A stretch of 64,000 nucleotides of DNA from Malacoraja senta (Eukaryota), in assembly GCA_038087875.1 (NCBI GenBank), contig JAXLNO010000499.1, forward strand, positions 1 to 64,000, in the 5' to 3' direction. Under the pieces are notes generated by a model that saw only the letters and a program-made list of their open reading frames with translations, made no database searches and was not told the origin of the DNA. The stretch's first letter is position 1, and the number at the start of each line of letters is the position of its first letter. Both the position numbers and the translations under genes were made by a program. Of the stretch, positions 12,592-24,831 are shown piece by piece.

Positions 12592-13794
12592 GACTCATTG
12601 AATCAGTAATAGCCTTCAATATGTCAGCCTTGTTTGGGTCACTATCTAACATCCATCGCAACCCACTAAACATAATGATATCAATGAGCAGTAAAATAAT
12701 CGGACTGGAGCAGAAACCACTGATCAGTATTTACAATAGAAGAACTTAACTAAAAGGAACACAAATAGCCTCAGACACCACTCACTCACTGCACAGCCAA
12801 TACAGTCTTCTACCCTCAGGCCAGAGATACAGGTCACTCACATTCAGGACTAAGAGAGCCATGTCGAGTTTCTTGCCTACATCCATTAGACTCATGAATG
12901 GTTGATCTATTTATTTATTCATTTATTCATATATACATTTTTAACATTCTTTTAATGTATTTATTGCCTATTCTTCATGTATTGTGCTTTGCAAGTTTTA
13001 CCTACTGACCACTGTTGGACTGCTGGTACGTGATGTGTGTGGTATATTGTGTTGTGTTGCTGGGTACGTGAACTGATGTTCTGCACAAATGAAGTTCCTA
13101 ACGGATAAATAAAGTTCATTGAATTGAATTATGGGCCTGTCCCACTTGGCCGTCATTTGCGCGCATGAAATCTTCGCGTGCCACCGGCGTGGCGTATCGC
13201 TTACGCACGCAGACGTACTGCGGTCGCACGCTGACGTCCTGACCTCATATGTGTAGTGCGTGGTGACGCATGATTACGTCACCGTGCGTAACCATGCGCC
13301 GCCGCGCGCCGCCCATACGCAGTCGGCCACAATGAGAAAATAATTACACCGTAAGCATCAATGCTTTCTGAGTAATGCCTTCAGAGTAACACCTTCATAA
13401 GTATTTTTGAAACATCCTAAGCCCTGTCTCACTGTGCGAGTTGACCCACGAGGTACCCCGAGTGAAAGACTCGTGGAAGTGTACGAGATTCCAAGTGTAT
13501 GATCAAGAGTTTAACCGAGTTCCCACGGGTATGACTAAGTTTGCCGTTTACTTGTCATTTCTGCGATGTTCCAAGTTCGTCTCCCGAGTTACCAAGTTCC
13601 TCTCCCGAGTTACTCTTGAGCCAACCGTGAATGAAGTCTGTTTTAATAATCAACAGTGTTAAAGAAGACATCTCCATCCTGCGGCTTTGAGTTAAGATAG
13701 AATTCAGCGCGGCCGCATCTATTGATATGACCTACAAAGGGAAAATACGCACCGTCCAGTGCCAGAGCAGTTATACTTATGATTTGTTTGAAAC

Positions 13795-14176
13795 AATAGC
13801 AGTGAGGAAGAAGCATTCTCACGTCTACACCAGTGATAAACCGTACAACTGTAAAGTAAGAGGCTGCGACATGTCATACACTCACCCTAGTTCTCTTCGC
13901 AAACACATGAAAGTTCACTGCAAATCTCCTCCCCCTCCCGCTAGCTCAGGCTATGAGCTTTCAAACACATCCCTGGGGATGGTGTCCTCAGCCGCAGAGA
14001 CAGTCAGCGGCCGCACTGCCAGCGTGTCCTCGCAAGTAACTAACCTCAACGAATGGTACGTCTGTTAGGGAAGCGGGGAGGCCAACAGCCTGCACGCACC
14101 TTCCAACAATGGCACCTCGTCCGACACCGAGGATGAGGAAGTTTACACGAACTCTGATCCCAGAACTATGCTCTGA
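13795..14176 (+). pseudogene. ZIC4/ZIC5-like: Zic4/Zic5-subgroup zinc-finger gene fragment (end of ZF4, ZF5, C-terminal tail), disabled
   Basis: Translates [47 protein letters not shown]...[46 protein letters not shown]. Lesions are a 2-bp deletion in NSS[D]R, His-to-Tyr at the zinc-binding HSHVH, and TAG at 14066-14068 where Zic5 has Gln. ZF1-3 are absent. Confidence 0.9.
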
Positions 14177-15560
14177 CATAGGTGCGTTGGAGAAGTGTGC
14201 AAGTGGGCAAGAGTCAACGCAGGGTTAGTGGCAATGGAGCCCATCAACTAAAGGCAGCTAGGATGTCCAATGATGACCATCTTACACCAGCTAGATTCAA
14301 ACCTCGTAGGAAAGGAATTTAAGGGCTAAGTATCGGTTCTTAGGCAACTTTTTGGCCTCCGTGTCAGTCAGAATTATTGTGTGTACTTCGAGGTAAAAGA
14401 GAATCGCTATCTCATTTACTTTCAGACTATAGATATTGATTTTCTGAAATCAGACGTGACAAATAGATAAAACATATCATCAGACCCATTTCGGACTGGC
14501 AATAGAATATTCGACCCACGGGAAACACCTCGCTTCTTGGAAGTGATACATACATAGCCGATCTTTGCCTACTCCCAAATTAGAGACCATTGTCCGAAAG
14601 AAGGGAAATTCTACAATTCTGTGAAATCTTCATGACTACAATCCCTGGAGGGAATGAAAACGGCCATAGCCTTGTGTTCAGTGAAACGACCCAGTGCCAC
14701 CACGTTCGGTAACGAAGCACAAGCGGCATTCTATTTACACATCCCTAACATACAAAGCTGAATTCGGACTTTCCTGCTATATGTGAAAAGAGTCTTCTAT
14801 CAGTAAGAGTGAAACTCACAAGGACTCTATTTGAAATCAGAATCGACAATATCTCAACCCTTAAATCCAAGAGCTCTAGGATTCTTTTGTGTGATCTTCT
14901 ATCCGTCATGGTAAAGTCAAAAATCTCATATTTTACACATAATTATTCAGGCCTTCAGACAAACAAACTAAAGAGCACTAATATGTCCTTAGAGGCAAGA
15001 AGATGCAAAAATGACAGGCCCGTCCCTGTAGGATTTGTAAATCATTGTTGTGGGCAGCAAGTCGTTGATGTAATCGTTAGCTATCTTAAGATTTTGTCCA
15101 GTAATGCTCTTTTATTTGTAAACTATAATATGTTTGCTGATGTGTGATATCTTTCTGCGATAGTACAGACACACCAAAGAATTATATTATTACGTTTGGT
15201 TCGGTATTGTGGTGTTTATGAATCTGTGGTTTCGTCAGACAATTTAATTTTTGATTAATTGAATGAAATGTAAAATGTGAAAAGTAAAATATGTGATTGT
15301 TTATTTCTACTCAGTGGTGGTTAATCGTTGTAACTACAGTATTGGTCCATGTTATGTCATGATGCATGTTGCAGTCATCTTGTATTTCCCTTGCATTCAC
15401 AAACGCCACCCAGAACTCCTGGTTGAAAAAAATGCAACAAAGACAGTTCCTTTATTGAAATGAATGGTCCACGTGTACTTTGTGTTTCAGTGAAAGAGGT
15501 TAAACCGTGTGACAGTGTATTTTCCAATTGTGAATAAAGAGATATTGTTTTTCCTCTGTT
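14177..15560 (+). other. Probable Zic 3'UTR with polyadenylation signal
   Basis: Non-repetitive AT-rich sequence after the stop codon. AATAAA at 15533-15538 is followed by a T/GT-rich tract, with no poly(A) tail. Confidence 0.55.
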
Positions 15561-16340
15561 TTAATAATCGTATTCCATATTAAATGTCTAAATCCTAACA
15601 AAATGTCAAAACGTGATTTTTTTGCGGGGTCTGCGGATGTAGCAACACTCAACTCGATCTTCGATAGTGAAGAATCGAGTAATCTCAGCCAATGATGGAA
15701 AGCCAGATGATTTCAGGCCCCGGGAGTGAGTTTTATGTTTATATGTTTATTGTTGCACAAGGACCTCTGCCTCTGTGCAAATACTTACCTGTTCAATGGC
15801 AGAATGGGAGACATGTAAGAGGCAGGTTGAAGAAGCTACCTGGATACAATTGGCAGCCGGATGTAAAACAGTTCACAATATTATCTGTAATCGTTATTTG
15901 AAAACGACGTAAAAAAGGCAAGCAAAAAAGTCACATTTGTTTTCGGAAATCAAAATGTTCTGGAGTCCAAAATTGCAGGGAAACTGGATATATTGGTTGA
16001 GGCGAAATCAAGATTTAACGAAGATTCCCGTTCTACAAATCCGGTCGCAGTACACGAATATACCGAACTGTTTTAATATCTCCACAGTTCAGTTGTAACC
16101 TCGCCCCACAAATGTTATACTTGATGATTTACATTTTATTGCACGGTCGCCCCCAGCAGCGCACAAAACCAAAATGCAGCATCAAAAACAATGCGGCAAA
16201 ATACATCGTTTCCGCAATTCAATTTCTGATTGTCACAGTTCTAGATATGATGACGTTTTTCAAAATTCATCATCTGTCTCAGAGGAACTGAATTTGTCTC
16301 TAGGATCATAATGGATATTTAAATTATTATCGTCGACTTT

Positions 16341-18289
16341 ACATAGATACATAGATACATAGAAAATAGGTGCAGGATTAGACCATTCGGCCCTTCGAGC
16401 CTGCACCGCCATTCAATATGATCATGGCTGATCATCCAACTCAGTATCCAGTACCTGCCTTCTCTCCATACCCCCTGATCCCTTTAGCCACAAGGGCCAC
16501 ATCTAACTCCCTCTTAAATATAGCCAATGAACTGGCCTCAACTACCCTCTGTGGCAGAGAGTTCCAGAGATTCACCACTCTCTGTGTGAATTTTTTTTTC
16601 TCATCTCGGTCCTAAAGGACTTCCCCCTTATCCTTAAGCTGTGACCCCTTGTCCTGGACTTCCCCAACATCGGGAACAATCTTCCTGCATCTAGCCTGTC
16701 CAACCCCATAAGGATTGTGTACGTTTCTATAAGATCCCCTCTCAATCTCCTAAATTCTAGCGAGTATAAGCCAAGTCTATCCAGTCTTTCTTCATATGAA
16801 AGTCCTGACATCCCAGGAATCAGTCTGGCGAACCTTCTCTGCACTCCCTCTATGGCTATAATGTCCTTCCTCAGATTTGGAGACCAAAACTGTACGCAAT
16901 ACTCCAGGTGTGGTCTCACCAAGACCCTGTACAACTGCAGTAGAACCTCCCTGCTCCTATACTCAAATCCTTTTGCTATGAAAGCTAACATACCATTCGC
17001 TTTCTTCACTGCCTGCTGCACCTGCATGCCTACTTTCAATGACTGGTGTACCATGACACCCAGGTCTCGCTGCATCTCCCCTTTTCCTAATCGGCCACCA
17101 TTTAGATAATAGTCTGCTTTCCTGTTTTTGCCACCAAAGTGGATAACCTCACATTTATCCACATTATACTGCATCTGCCAAACATTTGCCCACTCACCCA
17201 GCCTATCCAAGTCACCTTGCAGTCTCCTAGCATCCTCCTCACAGCTAACACTGCCCCCCAGCTTAGTATCATCCGCAAACATGGAGATGTTGCCTTCAAT
17301 TCCCTCATCCAGCTCATTAATATAAATTGTAAATAGCTGGGGTCCCAGCACTGAGCCTTGCGGTACCCCACTAGTCACTGCCTGCCATTGTGAAAAGGAC
17401 CCGTTTACTCCTACTCTTTGCTTCCTGTTTGCCAGCCAGTTCTCTATCCACATCAATACTGAACCCCCAATACCGTGTGCTTTAAGTTTGTATACTAATC
17501 TCTTATGTGGGACCTTGTCGAAAGCCTTCTGAAAGTCCAGATACAACACATCCACTGGTTCTCCCCTATCCACTCTACTAGTTACATCCTCAAAAAATTC
17601 TATAAGATTCGTCAGACATGATTTACCTTTCGTAAATCCATGCTGACTTTGTCCAATGATTTCACCACTTTCCAAATGTGCTGCTATCCCATCTTTAATA
17701 ACTGACTCTGGCAGTTTCCCCACTACCGATGTTAGACTAATTGGTCTGTAATTCCCCGTTTTCTCTCTCCCTCCCTTCTTAAAAAGTGGGGTTACGTTTG
17801 CTACCCTCCAATCCTCAGGAACTACTCCAGAATCTAAAGAGTTTTGAAAAAGTACCAGTAATGCATCCACTATTTCTGGAGCTACTTCCTTAAGTACTTT
17901 GGGATGCAGCCTACCTGGCCCTCGTGATTTATCGGCCTTTAATCTATTCAATTTACCCAACACCACTTCCCAACTAACCTGGATTTCACTCACTTCCTCC
18001 ATCTCCTTTGACCCGCGGTCCCCTGCTATTTCCGGCAGATTATTTATGTCTTCCTTAGTGAAGACGGAACCAAAGTAGTTATTCAATTGGTCTGCCATAT
18101 CCTTGTTCCCCATGATCAATTCACCTGTTTCTGACTGCAAGGGACCTACATTCGTTTTAACTAATCTCTTTCTCTTCACATATCTATAAAAACTTTTGCA
18201 GTCAGTTTTTATGTTCACTGCCAGTTTTCTTTCATAATCTATTTTCCCTTTCCTAATTAAGCCCTTTGTCCTCCTCTGCTGTTCTCTGT
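16341..18289 (-). mobile_element. CR1 LINE, 5'-truncated, RT domain largely open (ORF 16572-18218)
   Basis: Motifs GNYRPISLTS, YLDFQKAFDKVPH, GVPQGSVLGP, FADD, RPHLEYCVQFWSP. The (CATAGATA)n repeat is the tail. Confidence 0.95.
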
Positions 18290-19226
18290 ACGTATGTACG
18301 TATATCCCATGTACCGCTGATCGCGCTTCAGGGTCACCTTGTGAAGGTGGATATCATACCACCTAAAAGCGCTGGAGTTACACAAAGGCACAGCAGAAAT
18401 TTGGAAATGTCATCCCATCACACATTCCTTCTCTCCAGAGATGCTGCCTGCCCGCTGAGTTAAAGAGTTCCCACAGTAGACTCACGAGTCACTAAGGTAA
18501 ACGCACGGGCCACTATGTTCTTACAACGTGTTTAAATGTTTCAAATTTTAACCTCAAGAGTACATTTTACTCGTGGAAATGTTTAAACATGTTTGAACTT
18601 TTTCAAGAGTTAACAAGTTTCACGGGTACCTGCCGTTAGCGCCAAGAGTCGCTAAGTTGCGTCCACGAGTTCTTACGTTCCCGCTACGTTAATTGGACGT
18701 GATTACCACGAGTTAAATTTGTTTTAAACTCGGGGTACCTCGTGGGTCAGCTCGCACAGTGAGACAGGGGTTTTAGTTAAGAATGTTTCAAAAGTTAACA
18801 TCCAGGTAAGGATTGCAGATTTTATATCCTAAAAGAACACTACTTACCAAATTTGTTTTTTTTTAAATAACCACCAACAAATTTATTAACACCATTTAAA
18901 AAAAATGTGCAAACTAATTCTTAAGCTCGGTTCAAACACTCAAACTGCTATAATAGAATACTATTTTGTGTTTGTTGGGAGTATTTCAGAAAGTTTAAAA
19001 GTAAATGAATTTTTCCAACAAACACTAATTTTATCAATGTTTCATTTAACAAATGATGTCAATACGCTGACTAATTCTACTTGCAGAGTAGATAAACTAT
19101 TTGAAGGCGCATGATGACAGGTGATGACGCGCGCGACCGTCGCACGGCAGTCACTACCGGCCTGTCGAGTAAATGATGGCCAAGTGGGACAGGCCCTTAA
19201 GGAATTTACTTAACTTTAAGAGTATA

Positions 19227-20135
19227 CTAGACTAAGTGGGACCACTGCCCACCCCACAACCCATTCCCCAACGCAATATTCCACCACTCACCCGTTCCCC
19301 CAACGCAACCCGTTCCCCCAAAGGCAGTATTCCACCACTCAGCCATAGCCCCCAACGGTGCAAGTGCAGCTCATTTCCCCTCATCCCCCAGCACTCCTTC
19401 ATGTGTGGGAGGGGAGGAGGGGTGGGGAGGAGGCGAGGGGGAAGGAGGGGAGGGACGGAGGTGTGTGGCAAGGGGGGTGTGGGGTGGGAGGGGAGGAGGG
19501 GAGGGGGGTGTGGGCGGGGGAGTGTAGGAGGGAGGAGAGGGTGGTGTGGGCGGAGGGGGTGAGGGGTGGTGGGTGGTGTGGGGGTGGGAAGCGGTGGGGG
19601 TGGGAAGGGGTTGTGGCGGGGGTTGTGGAGGGGGGAGTGGGGTTGTGGGGGAGGGTTTGTGGGGGAGCTGGGTTGTCGGGGGAGGGGTTGTGGGGGAGGG
19701 GTTGTATGTGGGCTAGGGGTTGTGTGGGGGGAGATGTTGTGTGGGCAGCTCTCCGGCTGGGCAGCTCTCGGGATGGGAGGCTCTCGGGCTGGGCGGCTCT
19801 CGGGCTGGGGGTCTGGGCTCTCCCACTCACGGCTTCTGGACTCTCTCACTCATGGACTCTGAACTCAGCCCTGCCTCCGGGATTTTTTCTCCTCGCCCCG
19901 GTTATTGACAGCGGGTGCCGGAAGGTGACTGACAGGCAAGAAGACCAATCTGCAGATCTCACGATTTTTAGACCTTTATAATATTCCACCGATTGGAACA
20001 AAACTTGGAGCAGAGGAGAAAGGTGAGTAAGGTAGCGAAAAATCCTAGCGATATAGGGTACCGTTTTTGCGCAAATTTGAAAAAAACGCAAACCGGAAGA
20101 GGACAAGATGAGAGTTTTAATAATAGTATAGAAGA
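19227..20135 (-). mobile_element. Non-autonomous Helitron-like element inserted at the LTR TATA box
   Basis: On the minus strand it starts TCTTCTATACTATTATTAAAACTC and ends CCCACTTAGTCTAG, the same end as 33752-33765. It sits between A and T of the LTR sequence AAGAGTATA|TAA, with no TSD. Confidence 0.75.
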
Positions 20136-20306
20136 TAAGAAATTGTAAAACACTTTTTTTGGGGTGGCTGCTCGGGGACTACTGAGTGTATTGGTATACT
20201 CTCTGTACTGTTCCCTGCCACCCTAGTCATGATGAATTGAGTAAAGCTTGGTTTGGTTTACCTTTAACCCTTTGTGTTGTCTGTTTTAAGAAGTGAACTT
20301 TATCAT

Positions 20307-20324
20307 TGGCGTAGTCGGCAGGAT
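20307..20324 (+). promoter_or_regulatory. Retroviral primer-binding site, tRNA-Ser
   Basis: TGGCGTAGTCGGCAGGAT lies 1 nt after the LTR end CA. It is complementary to the 3' 18 nt of vertebrate tRNA-Ser (...ATCCTGCCGACTACGCCA). Confidence 0.9.
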
Positions 20325-22869
20325 TTCGCTGGGACCATCAACAGACGACTGAGTAAGAGGCCGCAGTTTGACCGGGATCGGATGGGGAGAAAAAAGTGCA
20401 CTAGTCGGACCCCTTGAGACCGACATCCCGAAGAAGCTCCCGGGAAAACTCAGGTCCCTCGTCAGAAGGTTGATCTAGTTCCCTGCCGAAATCCTTAGAA
20501 GCAGACAACGAAGGTAAGACCAACTGTATTGGTATTTTGCTACTGGGAAAGTAGTTGGCAATTAGATAGAGCAAACTAAAAAAGTTTGTCGTAAATTAAC
20601 ATGTATAATTTGCGACTAGGATAATAGTTGTTAAGAGGTTTTGCTACTAGGATATACAGTAAGGTAATTTGCTACTGAGAAAATAGTTGGCAATTGGATA
20701 GAGCAAACTAAAACGGTTTGTTGTAAATTAATATGTTTTGCTACTAAAGAGAGTAGTCGGCAAATGGATTTAGCAAACTAAAAAAGTTTGTCGTTCACAA
20801 AGTAGCCGGGCAGAGAGAGACTCAAAGCTATGGTTAAAGTGTTAGATAAGATTGGAGATGCCAATATCGCAGAAAAAAAATTAATTTGGGAAAATTGCGA
20901 TTAGTATACATCTATATAAATAAAATCTATTATTATTATTATATTACTAAAAGTAAGATCTTGACCGCTTTTGACTCACTGCGATGTGATTTCCGAGAGA
21001 CCGCCGGCATTTATGGCCGTCATTTTTGGGCACCTTGCTCAGAGCCCCCCTCCGCCGGACTGGACCAGAGGATTTTTCCCATCGATGAAATATCAGAGAG
21101 ATATTAATGTTTTATTTTAAAAATTGCCATTCTCTCTGCTGCCCCTGCTGGTGGGAGGGGGGAGGGACTATAGAATCCAGAAGTGGTGTGCCTCACTCAG
21201 TCTCTGCAAGATGGAGGAAGCGAGAGGGTCATGTCTCTCTGAGCTCTGAATAACACTGAACACATGTCTACTCAAATGTGAGTGCCCTTAATGTGGTTTG
21301 AAAATGAAAATATGGTTGGTTTGAAGTAAAAAGGCACTGCAAATGGTTGTTTGGGGGGTTTGGGTTGAAGTAAAAAGGCACTGCAAATCGTAAGATTAAA
21401 CGAGAACTTACCAGTTTGAAGTTTGATCTTTATTTTATGAGGAGTTACATTGAGGGATTACGTGAAGAACCCGCCAGCCTGCATGCGCGTCAATCTTCAA
21501 AGCAGCGGTGTGAAATCACAGATAACAGTTGTTGAAATGAATATAGTAAGATTAGAGAAACTAGAATACCAGCTGACCTTTATGATAGAGGGTTGGGAGT
21601 GGAGGGCACGTAATCCCTCAACGTAACTCCTCATAAAATAAAGATCAAACTTCAAACTGGTAAGTTCTCGTTTAATCTTACTATTTTACTTCAGAGTCAC
21701 GTGAGTGACTACGTGAAGATTTCAAAGCTCTGTGATTTCATGCCGTGGAAACAAGTCCATGCGTCACACACTGCATTAGTTGACCAAGGATGAATGAACA
21801 TTAATAATGCATTCAGACATGACATAGATATAGACATGTTGATGCTTCTTAATGAACAAATAATGATAATAGTAACCCCCCTCAACCGGGAGGAAACTAT
21901 AAAACAGAACCTAAAATAGAGTTGGCAAATACCCCCGGTCTGGCAATGGGTTAGTTCTAAAATGATTGGAAAGATCGTTCATTTGACCATCCTGCAGCCG
22001 CTACAATGTGGTCCCGCGAAACGTCCATAACCCTGCTGCTGATGTTGTTGCAGCCCTGGTGGAGTGAGACTTGAAAATGTCAGTGTTCACTCTTGTATAA
22101 GCCAGTACCCGTTTTAACCACCTGTAGATGGTCTGTACTGATACCTTCTTATGAGGCTTTATGTAACTTACAAACATAGCTAGTTCAGAGTTTCTAAGGC
22201 TCTTAGTGACCTTAACATACTGGTGTAGATGTGTGACCACACACAACCGAAGGTCCATGGGATATGCCAACAAATCTAGTTTGAGACCTGATGCCCCTGG
22301 TCTACTCTGCTTGACTAAGTCATAAACATAAAATGCTATTTTGCCTGCAGATGTAATCATCCTGTCCAGTCACAGCTTATGCAATGACTGGACCCGTTGC
22401 GCTGAACTCAGCGCCATGAGCATAACCAATTTGTAAGTGAGTTTGACCAAGGACAGGGATGTAGCTGGAGCCCACCAGCGAAGCGGCGTTATCACAATGT
22501 TAACATCTCATAGCTCTGCGCACCTGGGCCTGGGAGATTTCGAGTTCAAGATACCCTTCATAATCTAGATATCAGAGGGTGAGACCCGACAGTTGATTCT
22601 GCTCCCCGCAGCCAATACGATGAGAAGGCACATTTGGCACAGTTAATGGCACTATAACTTAATGTTTGTCAAAGACCCATTCCGGTGGCGCCATGTTAGA
22701 TTAACAGACGTGCACCTAGCTCCGCTCTCGAAAAATTTCGCGATTTTTCTTGTAAAAACGGGTCCATAAGTCGGGATTGGATTAAAAACCTTACCGGAGC
22801 TTCTGGTCGCCAGGCTGATGACGTCATCAGTAAGCGCGATGTTTTAAACAGTGGCTTAAAGACTTTTAA

Positions 22870-23937
22870 ATGAGAAAACTGTCTCCAGCCAAGAGCCCTC
22901 AGAGAACAGTGAAAAAGCTGCTGAAAAACCAGAAGAAGCCTGAAGGAGAAGTTACCTCTGAAGTTTCTGAAGTGGCTGCAGAAATGGATACAAGATCTAA
23001 GACAGAGCTGGTTAAGGACAAAGAATTTGAGGATTTGAAGAAATCAGTGAAAGATATGAAAAATGAAATTTTGGATGAAAATAAAACTCTGATGGGAAAA
23101 ATGATGGAAAAAATCGAAAAGATGATGCAGGATTCGAACGCTGGTAATCAGAAGGTGGCTGATTCACTTGACACTATAAATAAACGTATTGATGATGTGA
23201 AAGATGGACTATCGGGGAGAATGGATAAGATGGAAAAAATTACTACGGACAGGTTCACGGCTGTGCTTGAAACAGTAGCTGCAAGTATGCTCACAATTAC
23301 GGAATTGGAGAAAAATATGGCTCGAGTGGTTGAAGACATGGTGAAAATGAGGCAAGAACATGATCAAAGGAAGCAAGAATATGAGCAAAGTTCAGTACAG
23401 ATGATGACTCAACTGGGGAAAGTCTCCGACAAATGCCTGGACCTGGAAGCTCGCTCTAGACGCCAGAATTTGAGAATGCTTGGAGTCTTAGAGGGAGCCG
23501 AGGGAAAGGACGTTCGTGAGTTTGCCATGGACTTACTTAAACATCTGCTTAATCTCTCCAAAGAACCAAAAATTGAAGTGGCTCATCGTGTTCCAAGATT
23601 TAAACCGAGATCTCAAGCTGGAAAAGCCCACCCACGACATATTATTGTGAACTTTCGGGACATTTTAGAACTGGAAGATGTGATGAGCAAAATTAAATAC
23701 GGAGTGCAACTACGGCTGGACAATGACATTATCAAAATATTCAGGGACTATCCGTATGAAATTGTGCAAAAGAGAAATCAATTCAGAAAGGCAAAAGAGC
23801 TTTTAAGAGGGAAACAAGGTGTCAGATACGTTGTTTTTTATCCAGCCAAAATGCGTATTTCTTTTAACGGTTCTGAAAGGTTATTTGTAAAACCGGAGGA
23901 TGCGTACAAATATGCCCAGAGCATCGTTGAAAAATAG
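22870..23937 (+). CDS. L1 ORF1p (coiled coil, RRM, CTD), open frame
   Basis: 355 aa with DLEARSRRQNLRMLGVLEG, AHRV, IFRDY, YPAKMRI. Confidence 0.9.
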   Translation: MRKLSPAKSPQRTVKKLLKNQKKPEGEVTSEVSEVAAEMDTRSKTELVKDKEFEDLKKSVKDMKNEILDENKTLMGKMMEKIEKMMQDSNAGNQKVADSLDTINKRIDDVKDGLSGRMDKMEKITTDRFTAVLETVAASMLTITELEKNMARVVEDMVKMRQEHDQRKQEYEQSSVQMMTQLGKVSDKCLDLEARSRRQNLRMLGVLEGAEGKDVREFAMDLLKHLLNLSKEPKIEVAHRVPRFKPRSQAGKAHPRHIIVNFRDILELEDVMSKIKYGVQLRLDNDIIKIFRDYPYEIVQKRNQFRKAKELLRGKQGVRYVVFYPAKMRISFNGSERLFVKPEDAYKYAQSIVEK

Positions 23938-24831
23938 AAATTAATAGTATGAATTAATTCTTTTTTTTAAACTAGAATTCCACGGTTAATGGAGGTTTGG
24001 CAGATTAGAACCATTCCAAGCAGTGTTTTGTTTAGGATGGCTAGACTGTTATCTGTGGAATTTCGAATCAAGGACACTCTCTGTTCCAAACAAGAAAACA
24101 CCTGAACTGAAGAGAATGGAATATACCAGAAGCATTAATTGTTTAATAGACTATAATATTAAATCCAATTGTAAGAATTGATCCTATTAACAACCTAACA
24201 ATTTAACAAGTTATCTATGTTAGATTAGAATAGTAACGGATGCTACTAAAAATAAAAAATAACGAACTAACAAAACTAATATGAATTTTTACTAAATTCA
24301 AACCTTATCTATAACTGGGAGGAGGGGATGAGAAACGAGCACCTGGCTTAGGTCCAGGGGCGCGTCTCGTTAACCCCTTCAACCAACAGTTGACTATTTT
24401 TGAAGCTAAAATCATTTGTTTAATAATTAGTAGCTAAAATTGCGATATATATATGATATGTTATAATGAAATATATAGGGTAAATTTGTATTATATATCT
24501 GAATGTGAGGCCCCGTTCTAATATGTTATGATTAACCAAGAGAGCGGAGTTATTTGTTTAACACCAACAATGGAAGTCGAAACAAGGTTTTCTCCCACCG
24601 ACAGGTGGGCCACTTGTTACAGTCGACTATTTTAGACACTGTATTTTCACTTTTTCAAATAAAAAAAAAAAATATTAATATCACATAAATTCACATGTTT
24701 GTATTTTGTGTTTAGTGATAAGCGTAAAAGGGATATGCCAACAAAACTTAGAAATTCAAAGGTTCCCCCAATACCCAAAGACCTGGGATATGGACGCACC
24801 ACAAGATTTAAAGGTACTATAATTATTCAAA

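Larger units (their letters stand above)
9676..13130 (+). mobile_element. Rex1/Babar-type non-LTR retrotransposon, 5'-truncated and decayed, interrupted by three insertions
   Basis: Remnant motifs KAPGLD, NDYRPVALTSLVMKGFER, DPFQFAY, FVDFSSAFNTVQP, KYSDD, LNTSKTKELVVDFR. The 3' end is AATAAAGTTCA(TTGAA)n. Confidence 0.8.
13421..18770. mobile_element. Inner non-autonomous TIR element (Harbinger-like) containing the Zic segment
   Basis: ~42-bp TIRs CCCTGTCTCACTGTGCGAGTTGACCCACGAGGTACCCCGAGT (13422-13463) and its reverse complement at 18728-18769, 1 mismatch. Confidence 0.8.
13133..19196. mobile_element. Outer non-autonomous TIR element, PIF/Harbinger-like
   Basis: 26-bp TIRs GGGCCTGTCCCACTTGGCCGTCATTT (13133-13158) and AAATGATGGCCAAGTGGGACAGGCCC (19171-19196), 1 mismatch. 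Flanks are TA-rich. Confidence 0.8.
9387..20305 (+). mobile_element. ERV 5' LTR, fragmented (LTR pieces at ~9387-9637, 19197-19226, 20136-20305; start lies before the window)
   Basis: The pieces align in order with the 3' LTR (60375-60735, 62958-63000, 63384-63485). Both LTRs end ...GAAGTGAACTTTATCA, and this one is followed directly by a PBS. Confidence 0.9.

Noticed and set aside
13727..14068. 113-aa ORF as a functional Zic gene
   Set aside because: The N-terminus is unrelated sequence, ZF1-3 are missing, and it has a frameshift, a lost zinc-ligand His and a premature stop.
19232..19981. ORFs of about 200 aa on both strands
   Set aside because: They come from the G-rich low-complexity interior of a non-autonomous Helitron.
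20307..20330. tRNA-Ser gene on the minus strand
   Set aside because: Only about 18-20 nt match, directly after the LTR, so it is a PBS.
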